Source: Bacteroidales bacterium (GTDB taxonomy: Bacteria; Bacteroidota; Bacteroidia; Bacteroidales; WCHB1-69). Taken from it: DNA of 63,780 bases. The translations under genes were made by a program, and so were the position numbers. The DNA is taken from assembly GCA_045116675.1 (NCBI GenBank), contig JBGUMF010000004.1, positions 1 through 63,780 of the forward strand, read 5' to 3'. Numbering within the stretch: the stretch's first letter is position 1; every line of letters starts with the position of its first letter. The notes beneath the pieces are model-generated. The model had not been told where the DNA came from and made no database searches. It worked only from the letters and a program-made list of their open reading frames with translations. Positions 47,401 through 54,925 of the stretch are shown here, piece by piece.

Positions 47401-48964
47401 CCAGGGCAACGAGCTTTACGCCTCCGATCCCTCCAAGGGCTTCCGTTTCACCGCGTTGAGCGCAGAGTTTGATTTCACGAAGAACGTCATCTATGCCCAT
47501 GGTGTGCGATACATCAATGTGGGCGATGCGGCGGTGATTCCCCATGACGGGGACGTGGTCATCCGGAAGAAGGCCTCCATCGACCAGCTGAAAAAATCGA
47601 GGATTCTCGCCGGACGCGACAACAAGTACCACGAGCTGTACGACTGCAATGTGCGCTTGCAGACAGCTACCAAGTTCTACGGCAACGGCTATTATGACTA
47701 TGTGGATGAGAACAAACTGGTGCAGCAGCTTTACTTTGACACCGTTTATTTTATGAAAGAAACCTTCGGCGAGGCGAAAATCCCTCGGGAGAAGGACTTC
47801 CAGTTCAGCGACCAGTTCGGTTTTGACGGACGGGCGGAGCTGCACAGCACACAGCCCTTCCTCTCCTATTTCGGCGGCGTGGAAATCCGGACCGGCTGCG
47901 ACACGCTCCGTCATGCACGCATGAAGATCCTGCAACAAGTGGATCCCAACAACATCATGCTTCAGGTGCATGAACGCACCAAAGACATGGACGAGCGCAA
48001 GGTGGTGGTGGCCATCACCTCCTCCAACCAGACCGGACGCATCTATACGGCCTTCGGCGTGGCCAAAGACCAATTCAACGACGCCGAGTACATCAATGTG
48101 TTCGGCTATATCACTTACGACAAGGAAACGCACGAGTTCAAGGCGGCATCCAAAGAAAAGCTGATGGACCCCACCGTGCCGGGCAACATCATTACTGTGA
48201 ACAAAGACAACTGTGTGGCCACCGGTACCGGTAAGATAGACATGGGTACCAAATTGGGTCGCGTGGATTTTGTAACCAACGGTACTATTGTGAATTACAT
48301 TACCGCCGACTCGGCAGAAATGCACCTCACCACCTCCATCGACTTCTTCTTCAATGATGAATCCATGAAGTTGATGAACAAAGCATTGGAAAACTCCACC
48401 ACATTGGATTTTGTGGATGTCTCCAACGATGAGGCCTACGACATGGCCCTTTATAACATTTTGGGCAAGACGGAATATGAACGTTATACCCGAAATGTGG
48501 CGTTGGGCAACCAGCGTCGTCTGCCTGAAAAACTGCAGGTCCGTTTCCTGTTTTCCAATATCGATTTCCAATGGGATAAAGACAAATCCACGTTCAAATC
48601 ACAAACGACATTGCCACTTATCATTTGCGGTTCCAAAACCGTGTATAAGATGGTCCCGGGCCGTATTGTCATTGAAAAACGCGGTTCCCGCAACAAGTTG
48701 TACCTCTATTTCGAGTTTGACGAGCAGTTCTTCTACTTCCAATTCGACAACAACGTAGTGTCAGCCTTCTCTTCTGACAAGAACTTCAACGACGCCATCA
48801 AGAACACCAAGCCCAAGAACAAATCGCTGGCTCCGGACAATACCAAGGGACTTCCGTCGTTCTCCTACAAGTTGGGCAATCGCGGATGGAAGAACAAATT
48901 TGTGAAGAACTATTTCACCAACATAGATAAAGAAGAAGAGGAAGAGGAACCAATTGAAGAATAA
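44474..48964 (+). CDS. very large secreted protein of unknown function (1496 aa)
   Basis: Uninterrupted ORF starting 2 nt after the prmA stop. Signal peptide is MKKIVLLFVLLCPVLWSQAQ and the acidic tail is DKEEEEEEPIEE. I recognise no motif. Confidence 0.8.
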   Translation: MKKIVLLFVLLCPVLWSQAQRFTSFSTNPEQTVEEMKNFFSSVPKERQKEASALLDEFNLFWTTSVDYETQEAFIEAANKMVKKKMRPIPHFQALIHAYSAFVHSDFATETETWNKIVDYHTTHNVTQFQTKMQLYALFFKENVLNKEDNVRWVSQGWPEAIGFDKEPYVDFKDVDLVGYSNKDSLIIQNVSGRYFPATLKFQARGGRTYWERAGLGEDVYAEYGQYVIDLRFPHVTVEHALFHYPQLFSTPIRGRVEDKAMLPVSEEKAVYPRFLSDDKTLTIKNLYKDVDYQGGFDLRGASIYGTTTGDTLAFVTIFREGKPIISASSHSFLIKPTNLLSEDAKVSIYLGEDSIYHPAANFKYDNEKKNLLISRPKQGVGRSPFFDSYHKLDITVESVQWNTEESRIEFKPIVGKTSEQPAFFESQNYFDKSVMHEIEGYNNVHPLYTLWQLFNSAGYEDITIEDVIRWFNKPPLDIKAMMIDFAARGFVEYDINQNHIRYRSKIARYLNNQVKKKDYDYIKLESKTHYASMDLLTNDLKITGCDFFVYSDPQIVNVYPSNEVVTVKKNRDMTFSGRVIGGLFDFVAHNCYFDYDRFQVDMKVIDTLIMYVEDKNGPQDMYGDYQLRRVRSAIEEISGILYIDAPGNKSGMTDYPEYPIFEARKGGRVFYDQPYVLNGVYTRDRFYYAVNQFRVVNLDNFEIDSMKFTGALISGGIFPDIAEPLQVRPDFSLGFRHKTAGLPMYANRGNYQGLVDLSNRGLRGRGIIDYVTSHTTSDSLVFYLDSTNGNADKHIVDEQIAGTEFPPASVNDAYMHWEPYKDRMFIHSISEPVDIFKETKLAGNTEITPHGMFGAGTQTFGRADITSKRFSYKHHELLADTADLRIYDISNGNDNIAFSTDNYRSHIDFETRKGNFKANGEASEVFFVKNEFKAKAHEFDWDPIDSTLLRFKWDDPYKDVDINGTPSRELVDMRSQGNELYASDPSKGFRFTALSAEFDFTKNVIYAHGVRYINVGDAAVIPHDGDVVIRKKASIDQLKKSRILAGRDNKYHELYDCNVRLQTATKFYGNGYYDYVDENKLVQQLYFDTVYFMKETFGEAKIPREKDFQFSDQFGFDGRAELHSTQPFLSYFGGVEIRTGCDTLRHARMKILQQVDPNNIMLQVHERTKDMDERKVVVAITSSNQTGRIYTAFGVAKDQFNDAEYINVFGYITYDKETHEFKAASKEKLMDPTVPGNIITVNKDNCVATGTGKIDMGTKLGRVDFVTNGTIVNYITADSAEMHLTTSIDFFFNDESMKLMNKALENSTTLDFVDVSNDEAYDMALYNILGKTEYERYTRNVALGNQRRLPEKLQVRFLFSNIDFQWDKDKSTFKSQTTLPLIICGSKTVYKMVPGRIVIEKRGSRNKLYLYFEFDEQFFYFQFDNNVVSAFSSDKNFNDAIKNTKPKNKSLAPDNTKGLPSFSYKLGNRGWKNKFVKNYFTNIDKEEEEEEPIEE

Positions 48965-49036
48965 CACCCCTACTTTCCCACTTTCCAACTTTTAACATTA
49001 CAAACATTATAAACCTTATAAACATTACAAACCCCT

Positions 49037-50065
49037 ATGCCCCATCCTATCCTCATAGCCGGACCTTGCGCCGCGGAGAGCGAGCAGCAGCTGAACAGGA
49101 CTGCGACGCAGCTGCATGATGTGATGCAGACACGCGGGCGACGCCTAGACTTCTTCCGGGCCGGGGTGTGGAAGCCGCGCAGCCATCCCGACAGCTTTAC
49201 AGGCTTGGGTGAACAGGCACTCCCATGGTTGGCGGAAATACACCAACAATTCGGATTCGACATTTGCGTGGAGGTGATGACGGCACAGCAGGTGGAATTG
49301 TGCGAGAAACACGGCATCACTGCTTTTTGGGTGGGGGCGCGCACGGGCGTGAATCCGTTGGAAGTGCAGAAGATTGCCGACGCCGTAAAGGGCAAGCCTT
49401 TCACGGTAATGGTGAAAAACCCGTTGGTGGCAGACTTTAACCTGTGGGCGGGCAATGTGGAGCGATTCCTGAATGCCGACATTGCCGCCGTGATGGCCAT
49501 CCATCGAGGTTTCTCCGACCGCAATGAGAATGTTTATCGCAATGCGCCCTGCTGGGAAATCCCCGTAGAACTGAAAATCCGCTATCCGGAGCTGCCCATC
49601 CTCTGCGATCCCTCGCACCTCTGTGGCGAGGTGCGTTATATCCCGCAAATGGCCCAGTTGTCGCAAGTATATGGCTTTAACGGTTTGATGGTGGAGTGCC
49701 ACTTCGACCCGGCACACGCGCTCAGCGATGCCGACCAGCAGATGACCCCCACACAATGGGGGGAAATGCTTGACGGTATCCAATTCACGGCCAATGCGCC
49801 CAACCTGGACCTGGTTCGGCAGCGGGCCATTTTGGAAAACATCGATACCCAACTCAGCGCCCTCCTGGAACAACGGATGCAGGTAGTGGACGATATTTCC
49901 AAGATAAAACAGGAAAACCATCTGCCGGTAGTGCAACCACTGCAATGGCAAAAGGTGGTGGAACGCTATCGCAAACCCTCCCAAGACGAAGCTTATCAAA
50001 CATTCATACAGCGGTTTCTGGATCTCCTACACCAGGCATCCATCTCACGGCAGAAACACGATTGA
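49037..50065 (+). CDS. bifunctional 3-deoxy-7-phosphoheptulonate (DAHP) synthase / chorismate mutase type II
   Basis: 342 aa. The N-terminal ~250 aa are a KDO8P/DAHP-synthase-I-beta-like barrel (ILIAGPCAAES..., CDPSH). The C-terminal ~90 aa are helical and CM-like (LRQRILENIDTQLSALLEQRMQVVDDISKIK). Confidence 0.75.
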   Translation: MPHPILIAGPCAAESEQQLNRTATQLHDVMQTRGRRLDFFRAGVWKPRSHPDSFTGLGEQALPWLAEIHQQFGFDICVEVMTAQQVELCEKHGITAFWVGARTGVNPLEVQKIADAVKGKPFTVMVKNPLVADFNLWAGNVERFLNADIAAVMAIHRGFSDRNENVYRNAPCWEIPVELKIRYPELPILCDPSHLCGEVRYIPQMAQLSQVYGFNGLMVECHFDPAHALSDADQQMTPTQWGEMLDGIQFTANAPNLDLVRQRAILENIDTQLSALLEQRMQVVDDISKIKQENHLPVVQPLQWQKVVERYRKPSQDEAYQTFIQRFLDLLHQASISRQKHD

Positions 50066-50110
50066 TTTGACATTATACATATTTATATATAGTAACAAAA
50101 ACAATATTCC

Positions 50111-51718
50111 TTGGCTACAAAACAATATAACGGTTGGATTCTGTTTCTCTATCTGCTTATCGCATTCCTATTTGGCGTATCGGTGGCAGTGAATTTTCTT
50201 CCCTCCAAGAAAGCCTCTTACGCACATCGCCAACTCAACAAGTTGGACGAGGTAATGCACTATATTGATGCTTATTACGTGGATTCAGTGGATATGGATT
50301 CGGTATATGACATAGCTATCAGCACGGTGTTGCAAAGTCTGGATCCGCATTCCGCCTATTCCTCTTTTGAAGATAACAAGACGATGATGGAGTCCCTGAA
50401 CGGGGCTTTTGAAGGGGTGGGTATCCAATTCAACATTATGAATGATACGGTGATGGTGATTGCCACCATTTCGGGCGGTCCTTCTGAAAAGGCAGGGGTT
50501 CGCGCCGGCGACCGTATTGTGAGCGTGGACGGAAAGTCGCTGATCAAGGTCACAAACGAGCAGGTTTTCAAACTGTTGCGTGGCAAGAAAGGCACAAAAG
50601 TGAAAATGGGTATCTTACGCCCTGGAGTTTCGGAGATCTACACGTATGAGGTGAAACGCGATGTGATTCCCACTTATACCGTAGATGTGGCGTACATGCT
50701 GGATAAACAGACCGGTTATATCAGGATGAATGAATTCGGTGCCACCACAACGGAAGAATTCAGAAAGGCCATTACCAAGTTGCAGCGGAACGGAATGCGC
50801 CAGATGGTGCTGGATCTGCGTGGCAATGCGGGTGGTTATTTGGACGCAGCCATCGGCGTGTGTGACGAGCTTCTTCCCAACCAGCAACGCATCGTGTCGG
50901 TGGAGGGGTTGAAAGTGCGTCCCGAAATCTTCAAGGCTACCCGCAAAGGCAGCTTCGAACAGGGTTCGGTAGTGGTCCTTATCGATGATTTCAGCGCCTC
51001 GGCCTCCGAGATTGTGGCCGGTGCCGTGCAGGACAATGACCGCGGCTATGTGGTGGGGCGCCGTTCCTTTGGCAAAGGATTGGTACAACGACAGTTCGAC
51101 CTCTCTGACAAGTCCACCATACGACTTACCACGGCACGTTACCACACACCCAGCGGACGCTGTATCCAGCGCGACTACCGCAAGGGTATTGAAGCCTATT
51201 ATGAAGAACTATATGAACGATATATGCGCGGCGAGATGGATAACGCTGATAGTATAAAGATGGATAAAACGTTGGAATACAAAACTGTAGGCGGTCGCAC
51301 CGTGTATGGTGGCGGCGGTATCATGCCTGACTATTTCGTACCCCTTGACCGTGGCAACGCCTTGGACGGCTATTACCATGTGGCCAACACTGCCGCCCTC
51401 AACCAGTATGCCTTCCATTATACGAACAGTCACAAAGAATCGTTGACGAAAACCTACCCGAATGCCGTCTCTTTCGTGTCAAAGATGACCGTCACGGATG
51501 CGCAAATCAGCGAACTGCTACGCTATTATCAAACCCTGACCAAACAACAGGCTCCGAGCCTCTCCGCGGAATCACGCAAAGAGTTGAAAGTATGGCTGAA
51601 AGCCCTCATCGGGCGCAACCTCTACGGTAACGAGGCCTTTTATCCTGTCATTAACAGTACCGACAAAACGGTGGCCAAGGCCTTGGAGGTGATGGGGAAT
51701 GTTCCTGTAGCGAAATAA
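50111..51718 (+). CDS. ctp: S41 family carboxyl-terminal processing peptidase
   Basis: 535 aa. N-terminal TM, PDZ domain (GVRAGDRIVSVDGKS), catalytic Ser block DDFSASASEIVAGA and Lys block GRRSFGKGLVQ. The start codon is a TTG, and no upstream in-frame ATG exists before the TM segment. Confidence 0.8.
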   Translation: MATKQYNGWILFLYLLIAFLFGVSVAVNFLPSKKASYAHRQLNKLDEVMHYIDAYYVDSVDMDSVYDIAISTVLQSLDPHSAYSSFEDNKTMMESLNGAFEGVGIQFNIMNDTVMVIATISGGPSEKAGVRAGDRIVSVDGKSLIKVTNEQVFKLLRGKKGTKVKMGILRPGVSEIYTYEVKRDVIPTYTVDVAYMLDKQTGYIRMNEFGATTTEEFRKAITKLQRNGMRQMVLDLRGNAGGYLDAAIGVCDELLPNQQRIVSVEGLKVRPEIFKATRKGSFEQGSVVVLIDDFSASASEIVAGAVQDNDRGYVVGRRSFGKGLVQRQFDLSDKSTIRLTTARYHTPSGRCIQRDYRKGIEAYYEELYERYMRGEMDNADSIKMDKTLEYKTVGGRTVYGGGGIMPDYFVPLDRGNALDGYYHVANTAALNQYAFHYTNSHKESLTKTYPNAVSFVSKMTVTDAQISELLRYYQTLTKQQAPSLSAESRKELKVWLKALIGRNLYGNEAFYPVINSTDKTVAKALEVMGNVPVAK

Positions 51719-51746
51719 GAATTTTCAGATATAGTTTTCTAAAAAC

Positions 51747-51776
51747 AAGAGGGACGCGGCAAGCCGCGTCCCTCTT
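51747..51776. terminator. 13-bp GC-rich hairpin between convergent ctp and serA
   Basis: aagagggacgcgg-caag-ccgcgtccctctt. A T-tract follows only on the minus strand (serA side). Confidence 0.65.
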
Positions 51777-51800
51777 AAAATCTGTGAAACAAATGAACGA

Positions 51801-52718
51801 CTATTTGTTCACCTGGAATCTCTTGTCACCGTTGACGAAGAAGTTCACAATCTGGTTGGCGGCTGCCAAACCGGCGTTGATGTTGGCTTCGGCGGTCTCG
51901 GCACCCTGTTTTTTCGGGGTGGCGAAGAAGCGTTTCTCAAACTTGCTGAACTCGTCCATGGCATCGGGAGCGATGTCGGTGCAGTATTTGAGGTCTTCGC
52001 GCTCGGCCATCAGGGCGATGAGTTCTTCCTCGTTGATGACTTCCTTGCGGGCGGTGTTGATCACGCAGCCGCCTTTCGGCATCAGGCCGACCAGAGCCTT
52101 GTTGATGGATTTCTTGGTCTGATCGTTGGCCGGGATGTGCAGGGAGATGTAGTTACAGTTCTTGTAGAGGTCTTCCAGCGTGTCGGGCACGATGACGCCT
52201 TCGGCTTCCATTTTCTCTTTCGGGATGAACGGGTCGAAGGCCCAGACTTCCATACCGAGGGCGCGGGCTTTCTCAGCCACGAGGCGACCCACGTTGCCGT
52301 AAGCCTGGATACCGATCTTCTTGCCTTTCAGCTCGGCACCGGTGCCGGGTTTGAAGGTGTTGCGGGCCATGTAGATCATCATGCCGAGGGCGAGTTCGGC
52401 CACGGCGTTGGAGTTCTGACCTGGTGTGTTCATCGCCACGATGTTGTTGGCGGTGCAGGCGGCAAGGTCGAGGTTGTCGAAGCCGGCGCCGGCGCGTACC
52501 ACGACTTTGAGGTTCTTGGCGGCGTCAATCACCTGGGCTGTAACCTTGTCGGAGCGTACGATCATCGCGTCCACATCCGCCACGGCGGCGTACAGTTCCT
52601 CGGGGGTTTCATATTTTTCCAGCAATACCAATTCGTATCCGGCTTTTTCCACGATAGCGCGAATGCCATCCACTGCGGCCTTCGCAAAGGGTTTTTGGGT
52701 TGCAACTAATACTTTCAT
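51801..52718 (-). CDS. serA: D-3-phosphoglycerate dehydrogenase (short form) / D-2-hydroxyacid dehydrogenase
   Basis: 305 aa. NAD fold is KIGIQAYGNVGRLVA. It lies downstream of serC, apart from the inserted cassette. Confidence 0.75.
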   Translation of the reverse strand: MKVLVATQKPFAKAAVDGIRAIVEKAGYELVLLEKYETPEELYAAVADVDAMIVRSDKVTAQVIDAAKNLKVVVRAGAGFDNLDLAACTANNIVAMNTPGQNSNAVAELALGMMIYMARNTFKPGTGAELKGKKIGIQAYGNVGRLVAEKARALGMEVWAFDPFIPKEKMEAEGVIVPDTLEDLYKNCNYISLHIPANDQTKKSINKALVGLMPKGGCVINTARKEVINEEELIALMAEREDLKYCTDIAPDAMDEFSKFEKRFFATPKKQGAETAEANINAGLAAANQIVNFFVNGDKRFQVNK

Positions 52719-52730
52719 CTTATTGATTGT

Positions 52731-52760
52731 TAAATTATTAAATCATTAAAGATATTAAAT
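52731..52760. repeat. left inverted-repeat flank of the four-helix-bundle cassette
   Basis: taaattattaa (52731-52741) and aagatattaaat (52749-52760) have exact reverse complements at 53160-53170 and 53166-53177. Confidence 0.6.
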
Positions 52761-53146
52761 CATTTTTTGCCTTGTTCTTTTTCAAGATTCTTTTTTGCTG
52801 TTTTCAAACTTTTTGTGAGCATATTCATAATGAAATTCAATTCTTTTATCAATTCATCATACTCTTCCAAAGTTATTAAACTGCTATCCTTCAACAATCT
52901 TAACCAATAGTTTGATTCCCTCGCTTCTTTCAATGATATATGAAATTTCGCAATGAAGTCATTGGTTGATTGTGCTCCAGATGCTTCTTCTATATTGGCT
53001 CCTATTGATGTCCCTGATTTGGCGAGTTGCTTTGAAATGATATATTCTCTTTCTTCAATTTGCAATTTTCTGCATAAAAGAATGATTTTTAGAGCAAATT
53101 GATAAGAATTGTCCTTCAAAGCATCCTTCTTGCCCTCTTCAGACAT
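52760..53146 (-). CDS. four-helix-bundle protein (23S rRNA intervening-sequence protein family)
   Basis: 128 aa with family blocks LAKSGTSIGANIEEASGAQS and LKEARESNYWLRLL. The gene is extremely AT-rich compared with both neighbours. Confidence 0.8.
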   Translation of the reverse strand: MSEEGKKDALKDNSYQFALKIILLCRKLQIEEREYIISKQLAKSGTSIGANIEEASGAQSTNDFIAKFHISLKEARESNYWLRLLKDSSLITLEEYDELIKELNFIMNMLTKSLKTAKKNLEKEQGKK

Positions 53147-53159
53147 AATAGTTTATTAC

Positions 53160-53177
53160 TTAATAATTTAATATCTT
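53160..53177. repeat. right inverted-repeat flank of the four-helix-bundle cassette
   Basis: ttaataattta and atttaatatctt are the reverse complements of the two left-flank words. Confidence 0.6.
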
Positions 53178-53185
53178 AATAAAAA

Positions 53186-54304
53186 CTATTTATTCATTTT
53201 CTCAAACTCCTGCATGCAAGCCACGAGTGCTTCGACGTCTTCCACGGTGCAAGCGTTGTAGAGGGAAGCGCGGAAGCCGCCGACGGAACGGTGACCCTTG
53301 ATGCCGACCATGCCGCGCTCTTTGGCGAAGGCCATGAAAGCATCCTGTTTGTCCTCGTAACCAGGAGCCATCACCCAGCAGTGGTTCATGATGGAACGGT
53401 CAGCCTTGTCGGCCACGGTGCCAACGAACATGCTGTTGCGGTCGATTTCGTCGTATAGCAGGTTGGATTTCTTCATATTAATCTTGTTCATCTCAGCAAC
53501 ACCGCCGATGGTGTTCTTCAGCCAGAGGAGGGTTTCGTGCATCACGAAGATGGGCAGCACGGGAGGCGTGTTGAACATGGAGATGTTCTTGGCTTCCTCA
53601 GCAGCGTGCGTGCGATAGTCCACCATCGTCGGCAGCGGGTTCATGTAAGCGCGGTCGCCGATCTGGCCGAGGATGTCCTTGCGCACGATGACGAAGGTAA
53701 CGCCGGCAGGACCCACGTTCTTTTGGGCACCACCATAGATGAGGCCGTATTTGGTCACATCAACGGGACGGCTCATGATGTCGGAGCTCATGTCGGCCAC
53801 CAGCATCACATTGTTGCACTCCTCAGCGGTGAAGTCCTTGCGGATTTCCGTACCGTAGATGGTGTTGTTGGTCGTGATGTGGAAATAGTCGGCGTCAGCG
53901 GGGACGGTCCAGCCCTTCGGGATGTAGTTGTAGGTCTTGTCTTCAGAGGAGGCTACGATTTCCACCTTGCCGAAATTCTTGGCTTCTTTAGCGGATTTCT
54001 TGGCCCAAACGCCGGTCTGCAGGTAAGCAGCCTTGGTTTTCAGCAAATTGGCAGGCACGGTGAAGAACTGCGTGCTGGCACCACCACCGAGGAAGAGCAC
54101 CTCGTAATTGTCGGGGATGTTCAGCAAATCGCGCCACAATTGACGGGTCTCAGCCATAACACGCTCCCAACCCGGGGTACGGTGAGAGATTTCCATCAGA
54201 CCGATGCCGGTGTTGTCAAAATTGCGGATGGCGTTGATGGTGGATTCAACAGCCTCTTTCGGAAGGACGCAAGGTCCCGCGTTAAAATTGTGTACTTCTT
54301 TCAT
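53186..54304 (-). CDS. serC: 3-phosphoserine aminotransferase
   Basis: 372 aa with FNAGPCVLPKEA at the N-terminus and an AAT class V layout. Confidence 0.9.
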   Translation of the reverse strand: MKEVHNFNAGPCVLPKEAVESTINAIRNFDNTGIGLMEISHRTPGWERVMAETRQLWRDLLNIPDNYEVLFLGGGASTQFFTVPANLLKTKAAYLQTGVWAKKSAKEAKNFGKVEIVASSEDKTYNYIPKGWTVPADADYFHITTNNTIYGTEIRKDFTAEECNNVMLVADMSSDIMSRPVDVTKYGLIYGGAQKNVGPAGVTFVIVRKDILGQIGDRAYMNPLPTMVDYRTHAAEEAKNISMFNTPPVLPIFVMHETLLWLKNTIGGVAEMNKINMKKSNLLYDEIDRNSMFVGTVADKADRSIMNHCWVMAPGYEDKQDAFMAFAKERGMVGIKGHRSVGGFRASLYNACTVEDVEALVACMQEFEKMNK

Positions 54305-54358
54305 AATTAATTGATTATGTTGTTGTTATAATAAATAATTTAGTTTTTTTTCTTTTGG

Positions 54359-54366
54359 CAAAGATA
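54359..54366 (-). promoter_or_regulatory. -7 promoter box (TATCTTTG) for serC(-serA)
   Basis: Exact TAnnTTTG, 55 nt upstream of the ATG at 54304. Confidence 0.5.
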
Positions 54367-54477
54367 CAAAATATATCAGATAAAACAACCCCTCCAAAAA
54401 GGAGTTATTTTATTGACACACAGATATTTAACAAAATATGTATAAAATCGGCCCTGATTAGGAGGAGGTGTTCTGGC

Positions 54478-54762
54478 CTATTTTTCGTGACAAGTGACAA
54501 AAGGATACATGATGACGCCATTCGTGTTATAGTACACGCCATTGGTGTCATTCAGGTTCAGGGTGTAACATTCGGAAGTGATGGTGGTGTCGAAGGACGT
54601 ATTGGGTACTGGAAAACCCATCGCTTCATAACGGGCCGTGTCCACAATCTCATAAATTCCGCCCGACATGCAGGAGCAGTTATGCTTTTTCTGGCAGTTG
54701 GCGAACAAGACCACCATGGCACAAACCAACAAAAGTGCGTAGATTTTTTTGATGTTATTCAT
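54478..54762 (-). CDS. small Cys-rich lipoprotein (94 aa), function unknown
   Basis: Signal peptide plus lipobox LFAN|C and five further Cys residues. It has its own -7 box upstream. Confidence 0.45.
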   Translation of the reverse strand: MNNIKKIYALLLVCAMVVLFANCQKKHNCSCMSGGIYEIVDTARYEAMGFPVPNTSFDTTITSECYTLNLNDTNGVYYNTNGVIMYPFVTCHEK

Positions 54763-54785
54763 AATTTTTTTTCTTAATTGGCAGG

Positions 54786-54793
54786 CAAAAATA
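54786..54793 (-). promoter_or_regulatory. -7 promoter box (TATTTTTG) for the small lipoprotein gene
   Basis: Exact TAnnTTTG, 24 nt upstream of the ATG at 54762. Confidence 0.45.
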
Positions 54794-54817
54794 GCATTTT
54801 TTCAACAATTACCCGCT

Positions 54818-54865
54818 TCAACAAATCAACAAATCAACAAATCAACAAATCAACAATTCAACAAA
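54818..54865. repeat. 8-bp tandem repeat, 6 units (tcaacaaa; one unit tcaacaat)
   Basis: Read directly from the sequence. It lies between the giant gene's terminator and the lipoprotein promoter. Confidence 0.9.
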
Positions 54866-54898
54866 AAAAGGAGACGTCACTTGCCAGTATCGTCTCCT
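54863..54898 (-). terminator. rho-independent terminator of the 2484-aa gene
   Basis: Stem aggagacg/cgtctcct (8-9 bp) with a 14-nt loop, then T6-7 on the minus strand. It lies 28 nt after the stop at 54926. Confidence 0.7.
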
Positions 54899-54925
54899 TG
54901 AACTTTTTTTTATTTTTAATAGTAA

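Noticed and set aside
52760-53146. Four-helix-bundle protein as the Avd accessory protein of a diversity-generating retroelement.
   Set aside because: The window has no reverse transcriptase gene and no template/variable repeat pair. The variable cores of the small paralogues differ at all base types, not in an adenine-specific way.
54818-54865. Possible CRISPR-like array. I also scanned the whole window for spaced direct repeats.
   Set aside because: The units are 8 bp and contiguous with no spacers. No 25-40-bp repeat/spacer periodicity or cas genes occur anywhere in the window.
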